From Promethearchaeota archaeon (lineage in GTDB: Archaea > Asgardarchaeota > Lokiarchaeia > Sigyniarchaeales > SOKP01), in NCBI GenBank assembly GCA_048938025.1, contig JBHLMP010000023.1, positions 1 through 56,179 of the forward strand: 56,179 nt of DNA, written 5' to 3'. The position numbers were made by a program, and so were the translations under genes. Shown here piece after piece: positions 20,770-29,836 of this stretch. A model generated the notes under the pieces. That model was not told where the DNA came from, ran no database searches, and saw only the letters and a list, made by a program, of their open reading frames with translations. Within the stretch, counting starts at the first letter, position 1; every line of letters starts with the position of its first letter.

Positions 20770-21249
20770 TTATTCTTTTTGAAAAACTATCATAAATTCA
20801 CAGTATCCCTTATCAGATTGCAAACTACATTCTAATTCCTGGGCAAAGCAATGATGATCGCTTATTTTTTCCACAACTCCAGCTAGCAATCCCGCTTCGA
20901 ATGAACAAAAACTACCAGTTGTTTTGATCCCTTTATTAAGTAGATCTTTGATAGATGAATGCCCTTTCAACTTTAATTGAACAATTTCATCTGAACTATC
21001 TGTAATTTCAACATCTCCTAGACTATATTCCGAAATAGTCTTTTTTAATTCGTCAGGTATTTTATTTACATCAGTAATTTGTTCTACTTTTAGAATTGTC
21101 CCTAATTCATGCCCTAAATAATAAAAAATCGCTTCTAGTTGGTGTCCTAATGCTAATAAAGCACCAACCTTCATATCTCCTATCGATCTTCCTTCTTTTA
21201 AATTCTTTTTCATTTGAGCCAAAATTTTAGATAATAGTGGTCGATCCAT
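20770..21249 (-). CDS. V4R-domain protein
   Basis: YYLGHELG, FCSFEAGLLAGVVE, ELECSLQSDKGYCEF match the V4R signature. Confidence 0.85.
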   Translation of the reverse strand: MDRPLLSKILAQMKKNLKEGRSIGDMKVGALLALGHQLEAIFYYLGHELGTILKVEQITDVNKIPDELKKTISEYSLGDVEITDSSDEIVQLKLKGHSSIKDLLNKGIKTTGSFCSFEAGLLAGVVEKISDHHCFAQELECSLQSDKGYCEFMIVFQKE

Positions 21250-21313
21250 ACAAATTCACTTAAAATTTTATTCCTTCCTTTATTCAAATCTTTTTAATAT
21301 ATTTTATTTAAAA

Positions 21314-21613
21314 TTATATTTTTACAGATGCTATAAACGCATATAAAATTGCGTCAATTATATCTTCTTCTTGAATATTTACTGCTAATTTTTTTTCTGC
21401 TATAACTAATGTTGGCACAGAAGTGATTCGATATTCTTGTGTAAATCCTCGGTTTTCTTCAAGATCAATCAATATTTTTTCTATTTTTAATTTTTTTCCA
21501 AACAATGAAATATTTATTTTTTTCAGCATTTCTTCAACTGGCTTGCAAGGAGCGCAATGATTCGAAGAAAAAAATATTATCTTAGGATAATCTTGCTCGA
21601 AATATTCATGCAT
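21314..21613 (-). CDS. Thioredoxin-fold protein (CAPC)
   Basis: FFSSNHCAPCKP and cis-Pro motif ITSVPTL. Confidence 0.85.
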   Translation of the reverse strand: MHEYFEQDYPKIIFFSSNHCAPCKPVEEMLKKINISLFGKKLKIEKILIDLEENRGFTQEYRITSVPTLVIAEKKLAVNIQEEDIIDAILYAFIASVKI

Positions 21614-21617
21614 TTTA

Positions 21618-22186
21618 TTAGTCTTCTTTATATCTATAATATAAATCTTTAATTATTGCTTGAAATGCTTTATATACTCCAGTTCCTGTTTTAGCGCTTG
21701 TTCTATAATATCCAAGAAAATTTCTTTCTTTTACAATTTCGTTAGCTTTCTCATCATCTAAATCCTCTTTATTGATTAAATCAATTTTGTTTCCGAATAA
21801 GACTATTGGGAGATCACCGCAATACTTTATAATATCATTATGCCATTGAGGGATATGTTCAAAACTCTCATCATCAGTATGGGAATATACTATAATTGCT
21901 GCTTTGCTTCCTTTATAGAAGGTAGGACGCATGAAATTGAATTCATCCTGACCAGCAATATCCCAGAAAAATAATTTACAATTATCTCCTTCAATCTCCT
22001 CATCATATTTTGAAAATTGCGCCCCCAAGGTCTTAATGTAGTCCCTTTGAAAACTGCCTTGAGTGTATTTTTTGATTAATGAGGTTTTTCCTACTGCTCC
22101 GTCGCCAATAAGTCCACTCTACTGAACTTTTTCAGTAGATCTGTGATTTTGAAGACGAAGCCTTTTTTATCTTCATTATTTCTCAT
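21618..22186 (-). CDS. Rab-like small GTPase split by a 29-nt intron-like insertion (exon 1 22186-22141, exon 2 22111-21618; 179 aa joined)
   Basis: Joined frame MRNNEDKKGFVFKITVIGDGAVGKTSLIKKYTQGSFQRDYIKTLGAQF...WDIAGQD...NKID...TSAK. The ORF track shows only the P-loop-less part. Confidence 0.9.
22112..22140 (-). other. Bulge-helix-bulge type mRNA intron (29 nt)
   Basis: mRNA UCAC-AG^A-UCUACUGAA-AAAG-UUCAGUAGA-GUGG-AC^U: 4-bp helix UCAC/GUGG, two 3-nt bulges, 9-bp intron stem, exon-exon stem GCUUCGUC/GACGGAGC. Canonical cuts restore the frame. Confidence 0.85.
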
Positions 22187-22281
22187 TTAAATCACTCTGT
22201 AAAATTTTTTTTCCGAATAAATCTATACTATTGCTTTAAAATTTCAAAAGTATAAGATATTATTTAATTATTTATTTTTAT

Positions 22282-22800
22282 TTGTTATTAATTTATATTT
22301 ATGCTATTTTTTATAATAATAATAAATTGTTTTTAATGTTTCCATGGAGAGATATGAGTCAAGATATAAACGAAATGAAGTTCTGTGAAAGCTGCAAAAT
22401 GAATGTTTTTCCATCAAGACCAAAATTTAATATTAAAATATTTGGATTATTTATCATCCTCATCTCAGCAATACTTATCCCTTTAACAATTGTATCTATA
22501 CCGCTTTTATCAGGGTTCTTTATTTTTCTTTTTATAATGTATGGCTTTATGTTTATTAACCCCTATCTCATCTATTATGGTATTAAGAAAAAACAGAATT
22601 GCCCTAGATGTTTTCAGAAAGTTGTTGAAAAAAATTTGCAATACCAACCTTTTGGAGAAAAAGATCCAGAAGTATTTAAATCCCTAGCCCCTGTTAAAAA
22701 ACCTGCTACAAAAGTGTTTTGTCCTTACTGTGGAAATCCTATGAGCAAAAAGGGACAATATTGTAAGTTATGTGGTAAAAAATTTGAGATAAAAAGGTAA
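22282..22800 (+). CDS. LITAF-like split zinc-ribbon membrane protein with a C-terminal zinc ribbon
   Basis: CESC-[hydrophobic hairpin]-CPRC, then CPYC/CKLC. True start probably ATG 22336 or 22354. Confidence 0.65.
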   Translation: MLLIYIYAIFYNNNKLFLMFPWRDMSQDINEMKFCESCKMNVFPSRPKFNIKIFGLFIILISAILIPLTIVSIPLLSGFFIFLFIMYGFMFINPYLIYYGIKKKQNCPRCFQKVVEKNLQYQPFGEKDPEVFKSLAPVKKPATKVFCPYCGNPMSKKGQYCKLCGKKFEIKR

Positions 22801-22809
22801 TGATGTAAT

Positions 22810-23283
22810 TTGGCTCTTTTAAGAAGAATCGAGAAGATAATTAAAAATTTTTCAGAAAAAAATATTCGAATTGCTGTCGCAGAATCATGCACAGGAGGTT
22901 ATATTTCCAATATGTTTACCAATGTTTCGGGAGCTTCAAATGTATTTGAAAGAGGTATTGTCTGCTATAGCAATCAGGCAAAAATAGACCTATTAAATGT
23001 AGATCCTAAAGCAATCGAAAAAAATGGTGCTGTATCGAAAGAAATTGTAGTAACATTAGCCAATAATATTAGAATACAATCAAATGTAGAGATAGGTATT
23101 GGTGTTAGTGGTATAGCAGGTCCGACTGGTGGGACACCAGAAAAACCAGTAGGACTTGTCTTTATTGGTTTTTCGAATGAAAAAGAAACTATTGTGGAGA
23201 AATACAATTTCAAGACAGATCGAATAACATTTAAAAAGAAAGTATTAGAAAAAGTACTCCAATATATTGAAAAATTAATTTAG
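22810..23283 (+). CDS. CinA C-terminal domain / NMN deamidase (PncC-like)
   Basis: AVAESCTGG, SGAS, YSNQAK, GAVS, GIAGPTGG, KPVGLV. Confidence 0.92.
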   Translation: MALLRRIEKIIKNFSEKNIRIAVAESCTGGYISNMFTNVSGASNVFERGIVCYSNQAKIDLLNVDPKAIEKNGAVSKEIVVTLANNIRIQSNVEIGIGVSGIAGPTGGTPEKPVGLVFIGFSNEKETIVEKYNFKTDRITFKKKVLEKVLQYIEKLI

Positions 23284-23299
23284 CTTTTCACTAATACAA

Positions 23300-24538
23300 T
23301 CAGATATCAATTAATTTACCATTTTCCATTATTAATTTTTTGGACCCGTCTAGATATTCAACTGTAATATTAGCTTTAGGAGCAGTTACAAAGTCCCAGT
23401 GCATCTGGGATGCGGAAGTTCCTCCAAAACTTTTATTAAATCCAAATGCTAAATGTACACTCCCAATGATTTTTTCATCAGTAAGGATATATCCAATTGC
23501 TCTCGTAATTTCCGGATTACACCCAATTCCAAGTTCAGCAACATTATAGGTTCTAAGTTCAGGAACTTTATTCGCTATATCCATTTCTTCACATTTTTTA
23601 AAAGAAGCAATTAATTCATCTAAGTTTGTCTCTGCAGTTGTTTTATCTATTAATAATTTGCCTTCTTTAAAGGTTAATTCAACATTTTTTATTATTTTAT
23701 CACTTAATCGATCTTTAGTTAAAGGACAGAATACTTTTCCTTCACCTTTTTTTTCTTGTGGAGGAAAGAAAACTTCACCTGCGGGTAAATTACCACCTAA
23801 ATCCCCTAAAGCAATTTGCTCATCTGAAAGAACTCCATCATCAAGAATTTTTTTCCTGTTTTCTATAGAGACCCAAAAGTCAGTCCCAAAATCATCATTA
23901 ATATACACTTTCTTAGCATTATCAAAGAAACGACCTAAGTTTTTTGTAATTTTGTTCATAGTATCATAAGGAATACTGATTCCACCGACAATAAATCTTT
24001 CATATAACTCATAATCAATATTATAGAATTCTGCTGCTTTTTTGGAAGGCCAGGCAGCATAACACCATTTTTTACCTGGTGCAAATTCTTCCTTTAAGCC
24101 ATAAAGAACATCCCTAAGAGGAACTCTAGCCTTAGCCCCAGCATCTATTTTATCTCTTGGTGCGTTGGCGTTAATTGAAGGATCTTCTAAAGGTTCGATT
24201 ACGATATAAGCATCTATATTTTCAATCATTTTCAGATAATGCAAGGGTGTTTTTTCTAAAGTCTCAACTTTAATTTGATTATCTTGAAGCATAGTTTCTG
24301 TATAGTAATCCGATGTATATGTGATGTGAGGAATTCCTCCTTTCCTTAAAATACTTAATCCAATCTCTTCTAATAATTCTTGAGAATAAGCTCCCCCTCT
24401 TATAAGAATGAATTCTCCTTCTTTTTTAATATTTATACTTCTGACAATATTTTCAGCACATAATTGAACTTTATCTTTGGTAATCATAATTTTATGAAAT
24501 ATGCTAAATATATAAAACCTTATCGTGTCTACTCTCAA
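23300..24538 (-). CDS. Aminopeptidase, M29 (AmpS/AmpT) family
   Basis: NLPAGEVF, AELGIG, DEKIIGSVHLAFG, SQMHWD. Real start probably ATG 24488 (MITKDK). Confidence 0.9.
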   Translation of the reverse strand: MRVDTIRFYIFSIFHKIMITKDKVQLCAENIVRSINIKKEGEFILIRGGAYSQELLEEIGLSILRKGGIPHITYTSDYYTETMLQDNQIKVETLEKTPLHYLKMIENIDAYIVIEPLEDPSINANAPRDKIDAGAKARVPLRDVLYGLKEEFAPGKKWCYAAWPSKKAAEFYNIDYELYERFIVGGISIPYDTMNKITKNLGRFFDNAKKVYINDDFGTDFWVSIENRKKILDDGVLSDEQIALGDLGGNLPAGEVFFPPQEKKGEGKVFCPLTKDRLSDKIIKNVELTFKEGKLLIDKTTAETNLDELIASFKKCEEMDIANKVPELRTYNVAELGIGCNPEITRAIGYILTDEKIIGSVHLAFGFNKSFGGTSASQMHWDFVTAPKANITVEYLDGSKKLIMENGKLIDI

Positions 24539-24720
24539 AAATTAATATAGATTTATTTATACGAATATGTAATTTTTAGTAGAGAAACATAATGAAACTT
24601 TAACTCTTTTTAATGAGGAAAGAGTTTATTAAATTCGATTGTTATAATTAAATTATTAAATAAATTACTTTTTGGAAATTCTTCAATTAGTTAAAAAATT
24701 CAATAGAATTAAATCTTAAT

Positions 24721-25182
24721 ATGGTTATTCGAGAAGCTGGCTTATTTTTCAGAGGATTTACGGTTGTAAAGAAAAGTTATCATAAAACTAATCTTGGAAA
24801 AATTGATGCTGATTTAAGAAGTGGATTATTAACTGCTCTCTTAAATTTTGCAGAAAGTGCTTTTTCACAAGGTTTAGTTGAATATTTTGAAGGAAAGAAA
24901 TTTATTATCGCTTTTATCGGGGATAAAATCTTATCTGATAATAGTAATGATCCTGAACTTCTGATTTCTTACGCAATATTAGATAAAGAGAAGAAGATTG
25001 ACAAGTACATTCATAAAATAGTTCAACCATCATTACACAAAATATTAAAAGAATTTAAATCGCTTAATACTGGTAAGGATTTATCAGAAGTTTCTCAATT
25101 TAGGAATTTTAAGCAAAATCTTGATGCTGTTTTTGGAACTGATACACAAACTATTGATCAAAAATTAAAAGGAATATTTTAG
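24721..25182 (+). CDS. Longin-like domain protein
   Basis: MVIREAGLFFRG...IDADLRSGLLTALLNFAESAF...VEYFE pattern. Confidence 0.65.
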   Translation: MVIREAGLFFRGFTVVKKSYHKTNLGKIDADLRSGLLTALLNFAESAFSQGLVEYFEGKKFIIAFIGDKILSDNSNDPELLISYAILDKEKKIDKYIHKIVQPSLHKILKEFKSLNTGKDLSEVSQFRNFKQNLDAVFGTDTQTIDQKLKGIF

Positions 25183-25215
25183 TAAAAATTTCTTTAATTA
25201 AGACAATTTAAATAA

Positions 25216-26166
25216 TTACTTGTTATTTTTTGATTTTTTCAAAAACCAAAATATTAGTGGTAAAGCAATTGTGGCATCTGAAATAAGTGTTGTATATTTT
25301 GCCTTTTGATTAACTTTCCCCCAAGATATTGCTTCTCTTAATGTAGCACCACTTAATCCCCCTGGTTCTGGTCTATCCATAGTAATCTGAATTGCATAGC
25401 TAGCCGAATTTGGGCAAAATTGTAATGATTGCATTATAAAATTTTTAGGAACTCCCCCTCCAACTATGCAAACTCCGGCTTTTTTAGCATCCCATGCAAT
25501 ATCAACCATTTCGAGCATATCTTTGAAGTGGTTTAAATTTAGATTTTTATGATGAAAACCTAACTGCATCGCTAATCCAGAGTCAGTGAAAGCAGGGCAA
25601 AAGATCTTGACATCCTTATCTGCACAGATTCTTAAAATTGAATTTGAACTTTTAGGTAAATGCTCTCCTAAAAATCTTAAAAATGAACTTACTGACATAG
25701 TATTATCTGGGATTTTCAGCTGAGATATAAATTCCTCTATTCCCTCATAGACTTTATTTGGCAAAAAAACATCATAAATTCTATTCATCTCTTCGCTAAG
25801 TAAGTTAGCATCATCAATATTATTAGGATTAATTTCACCTTGTAAATGATGAAAACCTAAGCACTCCGCAAGATCATGCGTTAAATTTGCTCCAGTAGTA
25901 ACTAACACATCAACAAAACCCTCTTTAACAAAATCATGAATAATACCTTGCATACCAACAGGAACCATAGCACCAGCTAAGCCAAAAAATTTAGTACATT
26001 CTTTATCATCAATCATCTCATTATAGATATGACAAGCTAATGCCAATCTTTTAGCATTAAAACCGGTTTCTTTTAAAGAATTAATAAGGCTGACTATATT
26101 TGTGTCATCTGTTATTTTTAATTGGTTTACTTTCTTCAATTTTTCTTTAAAATTTTTATCCATCAT
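25216..26166 (-). CDS. dhs: Deoxyhypusine synthase
   Basis: TTGANLTHD, NRIYDV, FCPAFTDS, GGGVPKN, GGLSGATLREAISWGK. Confidence 0.95.
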   Translation of the reverse strand: MMDKNFKEKLKKVNQLKITDDTNIVSLINSLKETGFNAKRLALACHIYNEMIDDKECTKFFGLAGAMVPVGMQGIIHDFVKEGFVDVLVTTGANLTHDLAECLGFHHLQGEINPNNIDDANLLSEEMNRIYDVFLPNKVYEGIEEFISQLKIPDNTMSVSSFLRFLGEHLPKSSNSILRICADKDVKIFCPAFTDSGLAMQLGFHHKNLNLNHFKDMLEMVDIAWDAKKAGVCIVGGGVPKNFIMQSLQFCPNSASYAIQITMDRPEPGGLSGATLREAISWGKVNQKAKYTTLISDATIALPLIFWFLKKSKNNK

Positions 26167-27078
26167 TTAAATCTTACTATTTTTTTCAGCTATAAATGAT
26201 ATAAATTCTATAATTAACTTAGCTGCTAAATTTATCGTCATATTATTAGCATTGTCCAAATTTGGAGCAACCTCAACCAAGTCGAATCCTCTAATATTAA
26301 AATTCTTAGTTAATTCTCTTAAAATAATCCATATCTCACGGTAAGAAAATCCTCCAGGGATAGCAAAGCCCGTACCAGGGGCAATAGAAGGATCTAAAGC
26401 ATCAATATCGATAGACACATAGAGGTTATTGATATCTGAATCTTTAAAAAATTTAATTATTATCTTAATATATTCATTTAATCCAATTTCAGTTAATTTA
26501 TAAGCATTTAAATATGTAATTTTCTCTTTATTTGCAATATCTAACTCAGGAATATCAATATCTCTTGTACCTACAATTAATAAATTTCTGTTATTAATAA
26601 AATCCATATCATAAATTCGATGAGATACTGTAGCATGTGAATAAACACCCTTATCCCACTCTTCATACAGGTCTAAATGAGAATCAAATACTAAAACTCC
26701 AAAATTATTCTTCTTCTTCAAATTGCTCCCAATTACTTTAACTACAGGATAAGTACAGAAGTGATCACCTCCAATCATTACTAAGACAACGTCTTTTTTC
26801 TCATCATATATGCGTATAACATAATTTTTAATTTCTTTAAGATTCTTCTCTACGTTTTTAGGTTCAATATAAACATCTCCAATATCCACCACTTTTATTT
26901 TAGGAATTTTAAATCCCATTTCAGATGTAAGGGCTAAATTATCAGATACTTCACGTATTTTTTGAGGCGCAATTGCAGAGTTTGGAGCCTCGATTGAAGT
27001 TAAATAATCCCATGGTATTCCAAAAATGACAAATTCAGTGTCTTTATTTATTTTTTCTCCAAAATCAAAAAATTTCAT
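26167..27078 (-). CDS. speB: Agmatinase (ureohydrolase family)
   Basis: GGDH, DSHLD, SIDIDALDPSIAPGTG, DLVEVAP. Confidence 0.88.
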   Translation of the reverse strand: MKFFDFGEKINKDTEFVIFGIPWDYLTSIEAPNSAIAPQKIREVSDNLALTSEMGFKIPKIKVVDIGDVYIEPKNVEKNLKEIKNYVIRIYDEKKDVVLVMIGGDHFCTYPVVKVIGSNLKKKNNFGVLVFDSHLDLYEEWDKGVYSHATVSHRIYDMDFINNRNLLIVGTRDIDIPELDIANKEKITYLNAYKLTEIGLNEYIKIIIKFFKDSDINNLYVSIDIDALDPSIAPGTGFAIPGGFSYREIWIILRELTKNFNIRGFDLVEVAPNLDNANNMTINLAAKLIIEFISFIAEKNSKI

Positions 27079-27105
27079 AATTTATCTTAATAAATCATTT
27101 AAATT

Positions 27106-28821
27106 TTACATTTTATCCAATACTTCTATTCCCATAATATCTAATCCAATCTTTATTACGATTTGTACACATTTTATTAATAATAATCTTACTTTTTCTA
27201 ATTCTTTATTATCTGAGATAACAGGACAAACACTGTAAAAAGAATTAAAAATTTGGCATAAGTATAGAAGATATTGAGCTATTAAATGTATACTATAGTT
27301 TTTAGTTGCTGTGTCTACAATCTCCGGAAAGTAATTTAGTTGCTTAATTAAATTTTGTTCTAAATTATGGCTTAACAAAGTCCAATTAATATCAGAGTTA
27401 ATCATTTCTTTTGATTTAGAGATTATGGATTCTATTCTTGCATAACAATATTGAATATATGGTCCTGTTTCTCCTTCAAATGATATACTTTCTTTCGGAT
27501 TAAATATGAAATCCGATTTGGGATTAAACTTCAAAATAAAAAAAGCTAATGCAGACATACCTATAATCTTAGCTCTTTTTATTTTTTCTTCTTCTGAAAG
27601 TTCAGGATATCTTTCATTGACTTCTTCATAAGCAAGGCTTTCCATTTTTTCTATTATATCGTCTGCATCTACAACAATACCTTCTCTACTTTTCATTTTT
27701 CCTTCTGGTAAATAAACCATTCCATAAGAAAGATGATATTTATCTTCTTTAAAACCGATCATTTCCAAAACAACGAAAAGTTGTTTAAAATAAAGATCCT
27801 GTTCATTTGCAACAACATAAATTGACTTATCATAATCAAAGTCTTGTTTTTTAAGGAAGGCTAGATAAATATCCTGGGTAATATAGACCGATGTTCCATC
27901 TCTTCTAAGTAGTATTTTATTCGGTAATTTATATTTTTCCTTTAATTTAGCAAAAACAGCTCCATCTTCGGTTTTTTCAAAAATTCCTTTCTCAAGATTT
28001 GAAAGAATAATTGCTTTACCTTTTTCATATATATCTGACTCAAAGTATTCTTTATCAAAATTGATATTAAATTTATTAAATGTTTCATTAAAGCCATCTA
28101 AAGCCCATTTATTCATTTTTTTCCATAATGCTCTAGTCTCATTATCTCCACTCTCCCATAATTTTAGCAAATCATATACGTCATCTATCAACTTTTTATC
28201 TTTCTTTTCCATTTGAACATATTTGATATAATAATCTCCTACAAAGTGGTCACTTTTGACATTTGGTAATTTATTTTTACCCCATTTCTTATATGCAATC
28301 ATAGATTTACAGATATGAAATCCTCGATTATTATATAAATTGACTTCAAACACTTTATCCCCCTTATATCTCAAAAGATTTGAAAGAGAACGACCCAAAA
28401 GTATATTTCGAATATGACCAAAATGAAGAGGTTTATTTGTATTAGGAGAAGGATATTCTATTACAATTTTTGATGGTTTGGATTTCTCTTTTTTTGCTAC
28501 TTCGTAAATTTTACCATAATCTCCTCCCAGTTCATAAATGTTTTGTAATATTATTGAAGGTTTAATTTTAAAGTTGAGATAAGGACCAATTGCTTCAATA
28601 CTTTCTAAATAATCTGTTAGAGATGATTTCTTCTTTAATTGTTCTGCAATAATCTTTGGATCTTTTTTTTCAAATTTAGCTAATTGGAAGCATGGAAATG
28701 CATAAGTATAACCAATTTCAGGAGGAGGAATTTCAATTAAACGCTCAATTTCTTCTACTGAGATATAGCTTATGTAATCACCTAAAAAATCTGCGATTGT
28801 TTTTTTATCAACGATAATCAT
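27106..28821 (-). CDS. argS: Arginyl-tRNA synthetase
   Basis: SPNTNKPLHFGHIRN, GKMKSREG, GETGPYIQYCYARIESI, C-terminal DKM. Confidence 0.95.
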   Translation of the reverse strand: MIIVDKKTIADFLGDYISYISVEEIERLIEIPPPEIGYTYAFPCFQLAKFEKKDPKIIAEQLKKKSSLTDYLESIEAIGPYLNFKIKPSIILQNIYELGGDYGKIYEVAKKEKSKPSKIVIEYPSPNTNKPLHFGHIRNILLGRSLSNLLRYKGDKVFEVNLYNNRGFHICKSMIAYKKWGKNKLPNVKSDHFVGDYYIKYVQMEKKDKKLIDDVYDLLKLWESGDNETRALWKKMNKWALDGFNETFNKFNINFDKEYFESDIYEKGKAIILSNLEKGIFEKTEDGAVFAKLKEKYKLPNKILLRRDGTSVYITQDIYLAFLKKQDFDYDKSIYVVANEQDLYFKQLFVVLEMIGFKEDKYHLSYGMVYLPEGKMKSREGIVVDADDIIEKMESLAYEEVNERYPELSEEEKIKRAKIIGMSALAFFILKFNPKSDFIFNPKESISFEGETGPYIQYCYARIESIISKSKEMINSDINWTLLSHNLEQNLIKQLNYFPEIVDTATKNYSIHLIAQYLLYLCQIFNSFYSVCPVISDNKELEKVRLLLIKCVQIVIKIGLDIMGIEVLDKM

Positions 28822-28956
28822 TTTTCAAAAATAAAACATTCTAATTATCTAATAATAAATGATTGAAACTTTTATCTATTTTATTAGATATGTCTAAAAT
28901 AGCTCATAAAATTTTTGATTATCACATTGATTCTCAAATCATTATAAATTAGAATT

Positions 28957-29688
28957 TTATTCTAAGAAAGCTACTTCAATTGTTTCTTCTTTCAAATTCT
29001 TACGATTTATAATTAAATCCCTTATTTTTGGGATTATCTTATCAAAAATAACAAATAAATAAGGAATACCTTGATTGGTCAAAATAAGTGAGTCATACAA
29101 TAATAATTCAAATCCAGATGGTCTAATATTAGTAAAAAGTAAGTAAGATTCCATCATAAAAGAAAGCATAAAGCCAACCCAAAAAACAAAAAGGATGGTT
29201 TTATAATTGTATCTTAAAATAACTAATAATAGGTATCCACATACTACTGTAGTAATTTCTACTATTCTTAAACTTTGCATATGCCTGATAGTAATGATTT
29301 CTAAATCTATTAATGGAAGGATTTGTGATAAACTAGCAATCAATAACCACCCCCCATATAAAAACAGCGTCCATAATATAACCTTCTTTATGCTATTTCT
29401 TTCAAACATAATCATTACCCAACTAAAGGCTAATAACCCATAACTGAAATCCATCATAAAATCCACATAAATTTTAACATTAGAAGGATGTATCTCACGA
29501 ATCCCTGTATTCCACCAAATTATTCCATCTATTATTAAAAATAGAATTCCACACACAAATCCCACATAAATTGGCATCATTTCTTTTTGTTTGATTAAAA
29601 CTATAATAAAAATTAAAAAAAAAATAAAATCAAAAATTAGATAATCTAAATCAAAGATTCGTATTACATCATGATTTAAATAAGACAA
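28957..29688 (-). CDS. Integral membrane protein (about 7 TM)
   Basis: Multiple hydrophobic helices; TTG start. Confidence 0.75.
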   Translation of the reverse strand: MSYLNHDVIRIFDLDYLIFDFIFFLIFIIVLIKQKEMMPIYVGFVCGILFLIIDGIIWWNTGIREIHPSNVKIYVDFMMDFSYGLLAFSWVMIMFERNSIKKVILWTLFLYGGWLLIASLSQILPLIDLEIITIRHMQSLRIVEITTVVCGYLLLVILRYNYKTILFVFWVGFMLSFMMESYLLFTNIRPSGFELLLYDSLILTNQGIPYLFVIFDKIIPKIRDLIINRKNLKEETIEVAFLE

Positions 29689-29836
29689 AAAAATCCCCTA
29701 AATATAAATTCGAATACAAGATAAACATTAAAGTCCCAATGTTGATTATGATTTAGAAATTTATATCGAATTTTAATATATTTATTTTTAATCTATAACC
29801 TATTCAATTTCTCTAGTTTCAGCTATTATACTATAT

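Noticed and set aside
22112-22140. Insertion read as a sequencing error, terminator or MITE footprint
   Set aside because: No target-site duplication or U-tract, and both junctions fall on canonical BHB cut sites. An artefact is not formally excluded without reads.
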